A DNA stretch of 64,000 nt from Antechinus flavipes (taxonomy: Eukaryota): the NCBI RefSeq assembly GCF_016432865.1, contig NC_067403.1, positions 226,114,001 to 226,178,000 of the forward strand. Reading direction: 5' to 3'. Positions 23,510-36,445 of the stretch are shown one piece after another (the first letter of the stretch is position 1; every line of letters starts with the position of its first letter). Both the position numbers and the translations under genes were made by a program. A model generated the notes under the pieces. The model saw only the letters and a program-made list of their open reading frames with translations. It was not told the origin of the DNA and searched no databases.

Positions 23510-24570
23510 AGGACATCTGCTCACCCAAAGTGCTCCTTCAGACCCTTCAAACACCCCTAAATAATGCCATGAAACAATTCCTGAAGCAACTGCAGAACCC
23601 ATAAAAGGACAGGATGAAATAATTGTCCAGCCAAAGACAACTTAAAAGGTCTGTTGCAATTTTGGTGAGAGTGCACCAGCCTGTGCAAGTCATACCAGCA
23701 CACCCCCAACCAACCAGGCGCAGGCCTTGGGGGCTCCCAGAGCTCTCAGCCCACAGATTGTAAGGGCAACAACAATTGGTCAGGAGATTACTGGAGGTTA
23801 CTGATCCTGGGAGCAGAATCTGGGGCTCTGCCCAGACTCTGATCTTGGTTGCAGTCCTGGGGAGCAGTCCCAGGGCAAGGAGCAGCTCTGGCACCTCAGC
23901 ATTTGAAGGTTGCAGGAACGGGCTGTCCTCACTGTTCCAGGGCAGAAGAGAATGCTTGTGGTCTAGGAGAGTAGTCAAAACACCATCTTAATAGAAATGA
24001 AAACTCTGTGTCTCTGCAAACAGCTCCACAAAACCTCTGAAGCTACGATAGAGCCCTGCTTTAATAAAGGTAAAAAGTCAAGAAATAGTCTGGAAAGTGA
24101 GCAACAAAAAACCAACCAACAAAAACAGGCCACAGGAAGTTACTGTGATGATAAGAAAAGCAACATACTCTCAGAAGAAAATAGCAAAGTCAAAATTCCT
24201 GCATCCAAAGCCTCCAAGAAAAATATGACTAGATCTCAAACCCTGGAAGACCTCAAAAATGATTTTGAAATCTAAATAAGAAAGGTAGAAGGAAAATTAA
24301 GAACAGAAATAAGAGAGATGCAAAAAAAAATCATGAAAAATAAGGCAACAGTTTGGTAAAGGAGACAAACACGTACATACATACACACATTACTGAAGAA
24401 AACCTTAAAAATCTAAGAACATCTTAAAAGAAAAGAAAGACTAGACCAGGTAGTGAATGCTTTTTTCAAAAAGCCAGTGGGGAGAAAAATGCTGTAAAAA
24501 GCAGAATTGGCCAAATGGAAAAAAGAAGCACAAAAATTCACTGAAGAAAAAAACTCCTTGCAGTTGAATG
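23510..24570 (+). mobile_element. L1 5'UTR plus ORF1 N-terminus, 3'-truncated
   Basis: GC-richer 5'UTR (23510-23990). ORF 23997-24275 ends SKVKIPASKASKKNMTRSQTLEDLKNDFE, matching the recalled marsupial L1 ORF1 N-terminus; coiled-coil-coding A-rich sequence follows. Confidence 0.85.
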
Positions 24571-24764
24571 AAATGAATAGAGAATATGAGTACAAACAGA
24601 ACCCAGCATTTATTGATTATTTGAAAAACACATTTTACCTGTAGAGCAAATCTCCACCTGAGAATAGCTCACCTAGAGGATATCTGCCATACATGTATAA
24701 GGTCATGTATCAGATCATACAAGATCGCTTGGAAAATGCAACCAAAGTAAATGCATCAAAAAGT

Positions 24765-25035
24765 TGATTCAAGAAACTGAGTTCAAATCTGGCCCCAGAC
24801 ATTTAATCCTTTGTGACCCTGGCTTACCCCCAATTGCCTCCAAAAGAGGTGAAATGGAAACGAATTGTTAATATCAAAGGATTGTGAGATCCTAAATTCC
24901 GAGTTATAAGAGGTTTTTAGGTCATTACTTCTACCCTCCTTATTTTACTGGTGGGGAAACTGAGGCAAAAGGCAGTGAAATGACATCTGCAACGTTACAC
25001 AGCTCCCAGGGGTCTCTGCACTATACTGCTGAGCT
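24765..25035. mobile_element. SINE fragment (+, about 24765-24845) and MIR (-, about 24885-25035)
   Basis: 'gagttcaaatctggcccca..tgtgaccctggcttacccccaattgcctc' and 'ggggaaactgaggca'. Confidence 0.6.
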
Positions 25036-25039
25036 CACC

Positions 25040-25975
25040 TTCTAAGTGTAAGGAAAAGCTTCTTTACAACCTCCAGCCTCAGCATTCAACAGAAGTTGTT
25101 CTTTCCAGGGATCTCTTAATTGCCAGCTCTAATGGCCTTTCCTCATTTGTTGCCCTTGACCTTTCCGCAGGCTGACACGTCCCCTCCTCCCCTGGCGTCT
25201 TGCTCTCCTCTACCTTTCTGTGACCCTGCTCTCTCCAGGTTCTCCTCCCACCTGTGTGACTGCTCCTCCTCAGTTTCCTTTGCTGGACGGCAGTGTGCTA
25301 TTAACCAGGGGAGTCCTTGTGGCCGCCGTCCAGGGCCTGCCCCCCTCCTTCTGTCCGGGTTCTCTCCGTGATCACATCAGCTGGGAGGCTCAGCCGGGAG
25401 AACCTGCGCCCAGTAAGGAAGACTTGAGTTCACTCTATGTGATCCTGGACTCATCACTTTTCCTCTGGCCACTTTGGCTGCTTCGTTGGCAAAATGAGGG
25501 TAGTAACTACACCTGCCAAAAGATCAAGTTACCCAACAAAGCACTTTGCAATCCTGAAATTGTGATGTGAATGCTAGCTACTGACATGTCCAAAACAGAA
25601 TTCATNNNNNNNNNNNNNNNNNNNNNNNNNNNNNNNNNNNNNNNNNNNNNNNNNNNNNNNNNNNNNNNNNNNNNNNNNNNNNNNNNNNNNNNNNNNNNNN
25701 NNNNNNNNNNNNNNNNNNNNNNNNNNNNNNNNNNNNNNNNNNNNNNNNNNNNNNNNNNNNNNNNNNNNNNNNNNNNNNNNNNNNNNNNCATTCCCTACCA
25801 CTACTAGTGCTCTGCTTCTAAGATTACCTTTCTTTTATGTTGTGTATATCTTGCATGTCCAGTTATTTTTATGTTGTTCCTCCTTTAGAATATGAATTTC
25901 CCAAGAGCAGGAAAAAACCGTTTTTGCATCCTTGACATTTAGCAGAGGAAGCACCTAATGAATATTATTGATTGC
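25040..25975 (+). mobile_element. L2 ORF2 segment and 3' end, interrupted by a MIR (about 25370-25575) and a gap
   Basis: 'cttaattgccagctctaatggcctttcctc..cttgacctttccgcag..gttctcctcccacctgtgtgactgctcctcctcagtttcctttgctgga' matches the L2 RT region. Confidence 0.8.
25606..25788. other. Assembly gap (183 N)
   Basis: Run of N. Confidence 1.
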
Positions 25976-26362
25976 GCTTTACCCTGTGGCACATATCTCT
26001 TTCTGAGAATTCCCAAATAAGAGTAACTCACCCATTTCTTATCCTTATCCAATCATTCAGTAAAGTCCTAATTTATATTAAGCAAGCACTCCTTTAGTTA
26101 CCTAAGTGCTGGGTGACCTTCATCCCCATGCTCCACCGGAATGGGATGATGCTAATATATTTTAGTTGCCTTTTCTCTTATTCTCCCCAGGTGAAACAAA
26201 ATTATATTCGTGAATCCTAATAGTGCTTCATTGGTGTTCTATTAATTATAACTTGATAGGTAAACATGTTTGAAAATATAAGTTAGAAAAGATTTTTCTT
26301 AAATATTTTAAATAAGCCTTTATCACATTGTTCTGAGTGATGTCAAATAAAATTTTCATTTA

Positions 26363-26798
26363 NNNNNNNNNNNNNNNNNNNNNNNNNNNNNNNNNNNNNN
26401 NNNNNNNNNNNNNNNNNNNNNNNNNNNNNNNNNNNNNNNNNNNNNNNNNNNNNNNNNNNNNNNNNNNNNNNNNNNNNNNNNNNNNNNNNNNNNNNNNNNN
26501 NNNNNNNNNNNNNNNNNNNNNNNNNNNNNNNNNNNNNNNNNNNNNNNNNNNNNNNNNNNNNNNNNNNNNNNNNNNNNNNNNNNNNNNNNNNNNNNNNNNN
26601 NNNNNNNNNNNNNNNNNNNNNNNNNNNNNNNNNNNNNNNNNNNNNNNNNNNNNNNNNNNNNNNNNNNNNNNNNNNNNNNNNNNNNNNNNNNNNNNNNNNN
26701 NNNNNNNNNNNNNNNNNNNNNNNNNNNNNNNNNNNNNNNNNNNNNNNNNNNNNNNNNNNNNNNNNNNNNNNNNNNNNNNNNNNNNNNNNNNNNNNNNN
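26363..26798. other. Assembly gap (436 N)
   Basis: Run of N. Confidence 1.
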
Positions 26799-27529
26799 TG
26801 GAATGAAAATTGAGTTCAGTCAGTGCCAGTATTTGCTTGTGCCTCAATTACTTCTGCTGAATTTTCCTCAATGCAAATCAGGCAGGTTGCATACAGTGGT
26901 GCATGTATTTGAAATAATTAATTTTCCGTAAAATGATGGATCAAGTCCAATCAACCTTCATGAAATCTAAATAATAGAATAGAGAATTAGAAATTAATTA
27001 ACATTTTGTGTGACTGATACTTTATTATATAGTATAAACTAGCAGTGATAAGTTTGGCTGTTCTAACTTTTTCTTTATCAAACAATGGTAACCTTCTGCC
27101 TCAGTCATTTCCTGGCACCTAGCCTCTAACAAGAATTTCTGCTTTACGAATATTTCCTAACATAAAAAAAAAAAAAAAGATTTTAAAGAATAAAGGCTAT
27201 AAACTGGTATTGTTGTTGTTGATGATGATTCATATGTTAAATGGTGTGTGGTACTCCATACCAAATGATAGTCCCAGCTCTTTAAATAATGTGTCCTTGA
27301 CCATGGGATTTTAAAATACCCGGATACATTGGATGAATGGTGGAGTGCTAGAACCTAGCATCAAATCATCCTCTCATGTTGAGCTTTTTCACTGTGATAG
27401 AAGCATAGATAGATAGATACATATGTACATATTATACATACATAAATATGTCTGCATATATACATACACACATGTAAGTACATGTATAATATATAATTAT
27501 AGAGAGGGAGAGAGAGCACTATATAGAAG

Positions 27530-28590
27530 TATGGAAATTCTAGAATTTGAGATAGAGACTACTTGGTCCATCCTTTGCATCTCTAAGGAAGAACACAACT
27601 TCCAATGGTTTTCCATTCCAGTATTTAACAATCCACCATGCAAAATAAAAATAAGGAGTTTTAGCTTTCAAAGACTTGGAAAACTAGTTGAAAAAGTAAG
27701 ATATATATGCATGAAATAAGAGCTCAATAGAAACAAATATATTAATGTCATCTTACATGGTTCAGACTCTGTCGTGGAGCTTCCAAGGAGAGCATTGAGT
27801 AGTAAAATAAGAAATCAAAAAGTACATGGACCTTTAGATTTGTAGAGTTTACAGGGACAGGATGAAGAAAGACAAATGTGAGACTCTATAGAGAATGGAG
27901 TAAAGAATATCATGTGCAAAGGTGAAGGCTTAGGAAAGAGTATGGCTCTTTGGGGGAAAATGAAGAGAATGGATCGCCTAGAGAAGAAGATGCATGTTGG
28001 GAAATAGTTGGAAATAAGGTTGGATAGTGGACATGAAATCAGATATATGAAAACAGTCATCATTATCTTTTCCATCATAGTTTTTGTGTAGCTATTTAAG
28101 GTGGGCACAACACTTGATAGGTGTTTGATTTGATTTCTGCATCATCCTTGTGAAGTAGGTGCTCCTGTTATCCTCACTTTATAGATGAAGAAGCAGAGGC
28201 CAAAAGAGATCAAATGATTCAAGCAGATTCACACAGCTAGTCAGTGATTTTGAGTCATGTCAAATTCCTTGAAACCCTGTGTGGAGTTTATTGGGCAGAA
28301 TCAGAGTGGTTGGACATTTCCTTCTTCAACTCATTTTATAGATGAGAAAACTGAGATAGATGGGGGAAGGGGCTTGCCCAGAGTCCCCCAGCTAGGGAGT
28401 GTCTGAGGCCAGATTGTAACTCAGGAAAGTGAGCCTTCCTGACTCCAGGCCCAGCACTCGATCACTTAGACGTCATCTGGCTCCCCAAGATTCGTAGGAT
28501 TTGCTTAATAAGTGCTTGTGGACTGATTTGAGTCTGGTCTTCTTGCCTTCAAGTCTGATGCTGTCTCCTAAGGCACCTAGCCACCACTTG
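27530..28590 (-). mobile_element. Cluster of L2 (about 27740-28060) and MIR/Mar-type SINE relics (about 28075-28260, 28300-28590)
   Basis: 'ttatagatgagaaaactgag..cttgcccagagtc..ctagggagtgtctgaggccagatt..aactcaggaa..cttcctgactccaggcccagcact' and antisense L2 purine tracts. Confidence 0.65.
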
Positions 28591-29349
28591 TGCACTTTTA
28601 AGCAATAAGTGCATGTGGAGTAGGGAAATAAATCTTAATTTATGTGTAACCAAAAATCTCTTGTATTTCAAGTAAAATCCATTACTTCTTATTCTCTAAC
28701 CATGTTTGCACATATTCTTTGACTTATAAATGTAGGATCCATTTCAATTCTTAAAGTCTCGTTTATAAGGAAACTGCTTATTACATATAATATGGAAAAC
28801 CAAAGCCAGATAAAAATGAATGTTAGAAAAAAAAAAAAGAATGATATATTAGAAAGGATGTAAACATTATAATATTGTGCTTGTGTATTCTTTGCCTAAT
28901 ATAGACCAGAAAAATATCACTTATTAATCCAGCCACCTGGAAGCTTTGAAAATTTAACTAGTTTCCACATCTGTGATGTTATTCTGTCACTTTTCATGAC
29001 TATTAATAAATAGCTTATTTTTTGTCATATACACAACAGTGACAAAAAGCTGACTTTGCTGTCTTAGAAATGAATCATTGTTCTAATTTGGGACCAATTT
29101 ACAGAACGGTTAACAGCTAGAAGGGACCTTGAATCCAAGATATCTGATTCTAGATCCATTACTCTTTCTACTATTCCCCTCCACTTCTCAATTATTGTAT
29201 TTCAGTTGACATATTTTTTTTAAAATTCCCTAGAATGTTAAAATGATGAATTTTAAATGGCCAATATTTGTTGTCTTATTTCAACTGCTTGAAACTGTAA
29301 ACTGTGTAATTTCATCTTTGCATCTAAGGAATCTTGCAAGTGCTTAATA

Positions 29350-29925
29350 AATATGTGTTGAACTGCTGTTATCAAGATGGCAGAGTAAGGAAGGAACCCT
29401 TTGAAGCCTTTCAAAATTCCCCTCCAAAAAAACTATACAAATCAAAGCTCTCTATAGTCATATAAAAAAGTAACTATTGATTAGAGAAATGCAAATTAAA
29501 ACAACTCTTAAAGTACCATTTCATACCTATTGGTTTGACTAGAATGAAAGAAAAGGAAAATGATAAATGTTGGCGAGAGTGTGGGAAAATTGGGACACTA
29601 ATGCAATGTTGGTAGAGTTGTGAGCTGATCCAATCACTTGGAGAACAATTTGGAAAACTGCCTGTTCATATACTTTGACCTTTTATCAATTAGGAAATGA
29701 CTTATATTTTTATAAATTTGACTTAATTCTCTGTTTGAGAAATGAGTCCTCTATCAAAGCTATTTGTTACAAATTCTGTCCTCCCCCTCCCCCCCAGTTT
29801 TCTGCTTTCCTTTTAATTTTGGTTGTACTGGTTTTGTTTGTGCAAAACCTTTTTTAATTCTATGTAACTAAAATTATCTATTTTTACATTATGGAATGCT
29901 CTCTGTATCATCTTTTGTCCTAATC
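29350..29925. mobile_element. Rearranged L1: 5' tip (+), late ORF2 segment (+, about 29437-29669), and the immediately upstream ORF2 segment inverted (-, about 29670-29925)
   Basis: 'caagatggcagagtaagg' 5' start, then 'ctattgattagagaaatgcaaattaaaacaactct..tgttgg..gtgtgggaaaattgggacactaatgca', then antisense 'ctgttcatatactttgacc..ttgtgcaaaacctttttaatt'. Confidence 0.75.
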
Positions 29926-30337
29926 AGGCAATAATATTTGTCAGTCACTAATAATTTGCTTTTGCAATTATGAAGAAGTGTGAAACACAATTCTTATCCT
30001 CATGAAAACTATCATCTAATTAGAAGAGATGAAAGGTAAACATATATTTTTTAAAGTATTGAATCATACTAGTTAGTTAGCAAATTATAAATCCTAAATG
30101 TCTGGTCTAGACAATACACTTAGAGGAAGGAGAGTTACAGTTAGCCTCGTATGTCCTGTCATCACTACAAACATGAGATTCATGAATGTGACAGAAAACA
30201 CTTTCATCCACTTTGGTTTGTTTTCTGATAAGTCTTAAGAGCATCCCCTCATTCACCATAATTCCCACTTCTGCCATAGTTGATAACTGATGAAAAAAGG
30301 GAATTTTTTTAAAGCTCTGCATAGATGCATGTGAGGG

Positions 30338-30420
<83 letters not shown>
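30338..30420. repeat. (GA)n microsatellite
   Basis: About 40 GA units, with one interruption. Confidence 0.98.
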
Positions 30421-30423
<3 letters not shown>

Positions 30424-30559
30424 ATCAACATCTCATCCATAATTTCAGATCTAAAGCTAGACATTCAGGCAAATGAAATCAGCCAGCAAGGATCTATCTA
30501 CTCACTGCTTTTGAATGCATTGTATCTCTAATTAAAACTCCAGTTACTACCATAGTGGG

Positions 30560-31330
30560 CAATGCAGTAAGAAAAACATAGAAATAAAGCAATGAAAGGA
30601 ATAATCTAGTTTGAACTTGTTGGTATTTTTTAATATTGTCTATTCTGAATCTATTTTCTAGGTCAATTATTTTTCCCTTGAGGTGTTTTCTGTCTTTTTC
30701 CATTTTTTTCATTGTTTTGAATTTAGTTGATTATTGATGTCTCATAGAATTACTTGCTCAAATTTAATTTTTAAGGTTATCTTGTAAAGATGTTTGCCTC
30801 AATTAGCATTTGTAGTCTTTTCTACTTGGTCAGTTCTACTTTGTAAACACTTTCCCAGCTGTCAACTCTCTCTCTCTCTCTGTTTCCCCCATTCTCTCTC
30901 TCTTTCTCTCTGTCTCTGTCTCTCTGTCTGTCTCTATTTCTGTCTCTTTCTCTCTCTTTTTCTGTCTCCCCACCATGTGTGTGTCTCGTGCTCTCGGTGT
31001 CTTCTATCTGTGTCTCTTTTCATAATTCTCTTACATCACTCTCATTTCTTTTCCCAATTTTTCTTTTACCTCACTTATGTATTTTTTAATTCTTTGTGAG
31101 TTCCTCCATGAGTTCTTTCTGGACTTGAGGCCATTTGCTATTTTTCTTTAGAGTTTTGTCTGTATGTGTTTTGACACTTTTGTTTTCTTCTGAGTTTGTG
31201 TCTTGGTCAGTTATCAGAATAACTTTCTATATAGTCAGATACTTTTTTCTCTTTTTCATGTTCCTTTTTTGAAGTTCATTTCCCCTGGCCTTTTTAGTTC
31301 TGTCCCCAGGGTAGAAGGAATACTGTCTCA
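30560..31330 (-). mobile_element. L1/HAL1 ORF1 fragment containing a (CT)/(CTGT) microsatellite at about 30865-30965
   Basis: ORF 30494-30712 contains KGKIIDLENRFRIDN (ORF1 DLENRSRRDN motif). Confidence 0.78.
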
Positions 31331-31611
31331 GGTTTTTTATGCCATTGACTATTGGCCTTGGCTGTTTACCTGGTGTTGCTCTGGTGTTGCCTGGAGGCCC
31401 ACGGGGACCCTTGTATCTAGAGTTGTGTTAGGGCGATCAGATGGGTGTGTGATCAGTGATGCTGGAGACTTAGGGTTCTTGAAGCTCATCTGGTACTGTG
31501 GTGATTGGCATTTTCTGAGGCCCAATGCAGTGTTTTTGCATTTCCTTGCATCTATCCTATAGTACATAATTGTCTAACAGCTTGATGATGCTGTTTCCTT
31601 GACAATTTCTT

Positions 31612-31674
31612 GAAAAATGACATCTAGGAAAAATAAATAAATAAATAAATGAAAATAGAAAAATGACATCTAGG
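31612..31674 (+). mobile_element. Poly(A)-tail-only retroinsertion with perfect 17-bp TSD
   Basis: gaaaaatgacatctagg at 31612-31628 and 31658-31674 flanks 29 nt of aaaaa(taaa)4tgaaaata. Confidence 0.7.
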
Positions 31675-31751
31675 GTTTTTTTTTTAAATCAGGTTTTCAG
31701 AATTTTCAAATTATCTCTCCTAGATCCATTTTTGAGGTCAGCTGTTTTTCT

Positions 31752-32770
31752 TTTTTATTTTTAATAAAGTTTGTGATTTTCAAAACATATGCATGGATAA
31801 TTTTCAACATTGACTCTTGCAAAACCTGATGTTCCAAATTTTCCCCTCCTTCCCTTTACCCCCTCCCCTAGACAGCAGGTAATCCAATATATGTTAAACA
31901 TGTTAAAATATATGTTAAATCCAATATATGTAAACACTTATACAATTATCTTGCTGTACAAGAAAAATCAGATCAAAAAGAAAGAAAATGAGAACAAAAA
32001 GAATATGCAAGCAAACAACAAAAAAGTGAGAATGTTATGTTGTGATCCACATTCAGTTCCCACAGTCCTCTTTCTGGGTATAGATGGCTCTCTTCATCAC
32101 AAGATCATTGGAAATGGCCTCAGTCATCTCATTGATGGAGTCATGTCCAACAGAATTGATCATCATATAATCTTGCTGTTGCCTGTGTAATGATCTCCTG
32201 ATCCTGCTTACTTCCCTCAGGATCAGTTCATGTGAGTCTCTCCAGGCCTCTCTGAAATCATCCTGCTGATCATTTCTTATAGAACAATAATATTCCATAG
32301 CATTCATATACTGTAACTTATTCAGCCATTCTCCAATTGATGGGCATCCACTCAGTTTCCAGTTTCTAGCCACTACAAACAGGGCTGCCACAAACATTTT
32401 TGCACATCTGGGTCCCTTTCCCTCCTTTAAGATCTCTTTGGGGTATAAGCCCAGTAGTAACACTGCTGGATCAAAGGGTATGCATAGTTTGATAACTTTT
32501 TGAGCATAATTCCAAATTGCTCTCCAGAATGTCTGGATCCATTCACAGTTCCATGAACAATGCATCAGTGTCCCAGTTTTCCCACATCCCCTCCAGCATT
32601 GGTCATTACTTTTTCCTGTCATCTTAGCTAATCTGAGAAGTGTATAGTGGTATTTCAGAGTTACCTTAACTTGCATTTCTCTGATCAATAGTGATTTAGA
32701 GCATTTTTTCATATAACTAGAAATGGTTTTAACTTCTTCATATGAAAATTGTCTGTTAATGTCCTTTGAA
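31752..32770 (-). mobile_element. 5'-truncated, relatively young L1 (ORF2 zinc-knuckle C-terminus plus 3'UTR)
   Basis: ORF 32053-32712 is MKKCSKSLLIREMQVKVTLKYHYT..CWRGCGKTGTLMHC..IPFDPAVLLLGLYPKEI..EAWRD, with the CCHC motif and no stops over 219 aa. Confidence 0.95.
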
Positions 32771-33289
32771 CTTGGTGGTATTTTTTAAGCAAATCAGTCT
32801 GACCAATGCCAAAGAGGAGTTAAAAATCGCAAATTTTTAAAACTATAAGAAATCTTAGAAATCATCTCATCTAACTTCCTCATTTAACTAAGAAATGAGA
32901 ACAGAAATGTAAGGAGTTCAAGGTCACCTAATATGTGGCAAAAACCAAGAGGAGCACAACCAATACAGAGGTTCTTTTAGTAAACCATTCAGGAAGAGGA
33001 GAGCTATGGACTGTGAGATTTGAGGAAGGAAGGCAGGAAAAAGTAAGGAAAGTGGTCATGGAAAGAATGCTCATCTTGTCTTTCAAATCTCTACTCTAAC
33101 ACTCCAAAAAAGATGACTAGGACTACAGGTGCAAGAACTGTTACCTTGGACCCAGTCATTCTTACTTTCTGGATAAACTGGAATCATATACCCATTTTCA
33201 CAGTATCTTGGAGTATCCATTTATAATCTTATATATATCTATATATATAAAGTAAAAAAATATATAATAAATAAACAAGAAAAATAATC

Positions 33290-34125
33290 TTAAGAATTCC
33301 CCAACTGATCGTCAAAAATTATCAAAGCTATCAATCTAATTTTTATCAAGCCATATTTTAAAAAATTCTAAATTGTTCTAAATTTAAAATTCTAAAAATG
33401 TTCTAAATCACTAATAATTAGAGAAATGCAAATTAAACAACTCTGAGGTACTATCTTAGGTCGATCAGATTGACTAAGATTTAAAAAAAAAAGGAAAATA
33501 ATATTTATAGGAGGGGATATGGAGTTACGACACATTCTAACTATTCTGGAAAGCAGTTTGGAACTGTGCTTAAAAAGCTATTTAATTATTTATGGCCTTT
33601 GACCTAACAATATTACTACTACTTCTTTACCCAAAGAGATCACATGTGAAAAACTCTTTATAGCAACACTTTTTGTGTTATCAAAGAATTGGAAACTGAG
33701 GCAATGTCTATTTTGTGAGGAATGGCTTAACAAGTTGTGGTATACAAATGTGATGGGATATATTGTGCTATAAGAAATGATGAAGAGGATGGTTTCAGAA
33801 AAAAACGTGGAAAGACTTAGATGAACTGTTGCATTGTAACCTTTAGTAAAAGGTTAATCAGCTATGAAAGACTTAGTAACTGGTCAATACAGTGATCCAT
33901 CACAATGCCAAAAGACTCATGATGCTGCTTACTTCCATATAGGAACTGATGGACTCAGAGTGCAGATTTAAGCATATTTTTTCTCTTTCTTTTTTTGTAC
34001 ATGATTAATGCAAACATGTGTATTTCATTATTATCCATATCTGTAATGAGTTTTTTGTTTTTCTTACCTTCTCAATGAGTGAGAGGGGGAGAGGAGGAAA
34101 ATTTGAAATTAAAAATAAATATAAG
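33290..34125 (+). mobile_element. Older L1 ORF2 3' end plus 3'UTR
   Basis: 'ctaaatcactaataattagagaaatgcaaattaaacaactctgaggtac', 'gaattggaaactgagg..ggaatggcttaacaagttgtggtat' and a purine-rich 3' end. Confidence 0.85.
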
Positions 34126-34559
34126 CCAATATCAAGATCTATATAAAAAATGCTTTTGTCTTTTATTAAATTTGTGTATGTGTAATTATAGTTATAGTAT
34201 ATATAGTATATAATTTATACTATATATATACACAACTTACTAATGATGATAGTTAAAAGAAAAAGAAAAAAGAAAAACCACTCTACTGATAGGTTTCTTT
34301 TATTAGAACATAGTATTTTGTCTAGGCCAATTCCATGCAGACAGGTTATATCCTAACACGTCTAGAATTGTCTGTGAGGACAAGAGAAATCATCATGACC
34401 CCCCACTGCAGTATCACTCACTGTGCAGATGTTACTGTGGATGCACATCACTCAGGATGCTTTGCTGGATTTTTAGAATCTGGAGGGGAGGATATAAGCC
34501 ACAAATAAAGATGTTAAGCATTAATATTCATGTTATAAGTTAGCTGTTGGGAAATCGCT

Positions 34560-36445
34560 TTTCCTTTATGTCTTGGTGTACCAGAGAGGGTATCAGACTT
34601 GGAATCAAAACCTGAGTTCAAATCCTCTCCCTACCAAACACTTATTAGCCAACTGACTCTGAACAAATAATGTAACCTCTCTCAGCCTCACTTTTTTATC
34701 TCTAAAATGAAGGTCGTAATACTTTCCACTTTATAAAGGTAAAGCACTTTGCAGTTTTTAAAAATACTCTATAAATGTTAACTATATTATATACTATAAA
34801 GAGCTTCTAGAAAAACCATAATGATTATCAAAGACAACAACCCAGTTGTTACCAAAAATGATTATTGCTGGAAATTCTAAAACTTAAGCAGCCTCTGACT
34901 TTAGGGCATAGGAGAAATTCTTAGGAGTTATAATAAGTCAAGAAATAATTCACCAACTCGCCTACCTCTGATGTAGGATTCCTTAGGGTCTCTATTCTGA
35001 AGAAGGAGCAGACCAAAGCTTTCTTATTTTATACTTCCCCTAAACTAGGATTATTTTTTAAAATATTATTCCAAGATAAGATATTTTCCTTTTTTTCCCT
35101 AAATAACTGAGTTTTTAGAGACCTGTGGTATAGGGGGAAAAAATGAGGATTGAGAGTCTGAAAACCAACATTCTGTTTCTCTGTCAAGAGTCAGACATCC
35201 CATGGACATTTCTCTTAATTTTTTTTTGGGGGGGAGGGGGGACCTGTAAGGCAAGGATGGCCTAGAATATCTCCACAGTCCCTTGCAACACTAATATAAT
35301 CTGATTCCAATTCTTTAAAGGACTGTGCCATCTGTAAAATGCTAGTTACTATTATTGTAGTTATTTATTTTATCTGCTTTCTATTTGTGTATTTTATTAC
35401 TGTCATGAATAATCATTGGGAAGAAATAGGGAAAAATATTCATATTAGTACTTCCCATACTTTGTCAAGTTTAAAAAAGAAAAACATTTAAATTTAAGCT
35501 CTTTGCCCATTCTTAGGATAGAAAAGAGCACTTTCAAGAAAATGTCTTCCTATTGCCAGAGTTGATGGGATGCATACAGAGGCATCTAAATAATTTTTAA
35601 AGGGTTTTTCATTGTAAATTAATAATATCTAATGAGTACTTTGAGACTAAATTAAGCATTTAGGGAAATTTCATTAACTGATTAATGAACTAGCACCTGG
35701 TCAGTTTCTGTCATACCATGCTTAGCATACTCTAATTTGGAAGTTAAATCAATCTTTACAAATGGACAGCCATTTAGACCATATTAAAACTAAGTTCTGT
35801 GGACCAGTTCATATCCACTTTTTATTTATTTAAAAAAAAAAAACATGTTTATGTAAATATAGTATCGTAGAATCATTAAATGAAGGAGCCCCAAGGATCC
35901 TTAGAGTTGATCTAGCTCCTCTTTCTTTTACAGATGAGGACACTTAAGTTACAGATAGGACAGAGATTTGCCACAGACCTCAACCACTAACCCTTAAATA
36001 GTGGAATCATCTCCCCTTGGGTTTCCAAGACTGGAAGGTAGAGGTTTTAAGGATCACAACCAGCATTGATGTTAGGCTCTGACATCTGCAGAGTACTTTC
36101 CCAGCAGCCATGTGGGGTACCAGATGATGTGGACCAAACCAACCATTTATAAAGATGGTCCATTCACCCTCAGAAGCAGAAATGGGATTCCTATTTGATT
36201 TTACTGATTGGCTCAGTGTAGAGCTAAATGCCAAGTCATCGAGACCTTGATTTGAGTCCCTTCTCAGGATACTTAACTGTTGTGTGATTCTGGGCCAGTC
36301 ACTTCACCTTAGACTCAGTTTCCTCATCTGTAAAACTCAGGTAGTAATAAGGCCTAACTTATTCTGGTGACCCAGTACAATAACGCATGCAAAGTATACT
36401 GCAAGTCTTAAAGCTCTGCAGAGATGTTAGCTATCATTGTTATAT
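34560..36445. mobile_element. Separate MIR relics (about 34560-34790 +, 35870-36000 -, 36195-36445 +) interspersed with unassigned sequence
   Basis: MIR cores 'cctgagttcaaatcc..cagcctcactttttatctctaaaatg', 'ttttacagatgagga' and 'ctcagtttcctcatctgtaaaa'. Confidence 0.7.

Noticed and set aside
30325-30531. ERERER ORF and other low-complexity ORFs (VCVC at 4509 and 8066, SLSL at 10101 and 30794, THTH at 18079)
   Set aside because: Translations of (GA)n, (TG)n, (CT)n and (CA)n microsatellites.
32053-32712. 219-aa ORF as a host gene
   Set aside because: It is the L1 ORF2 C-terminus running into the 3'UTR of a 5'-truncated copy.
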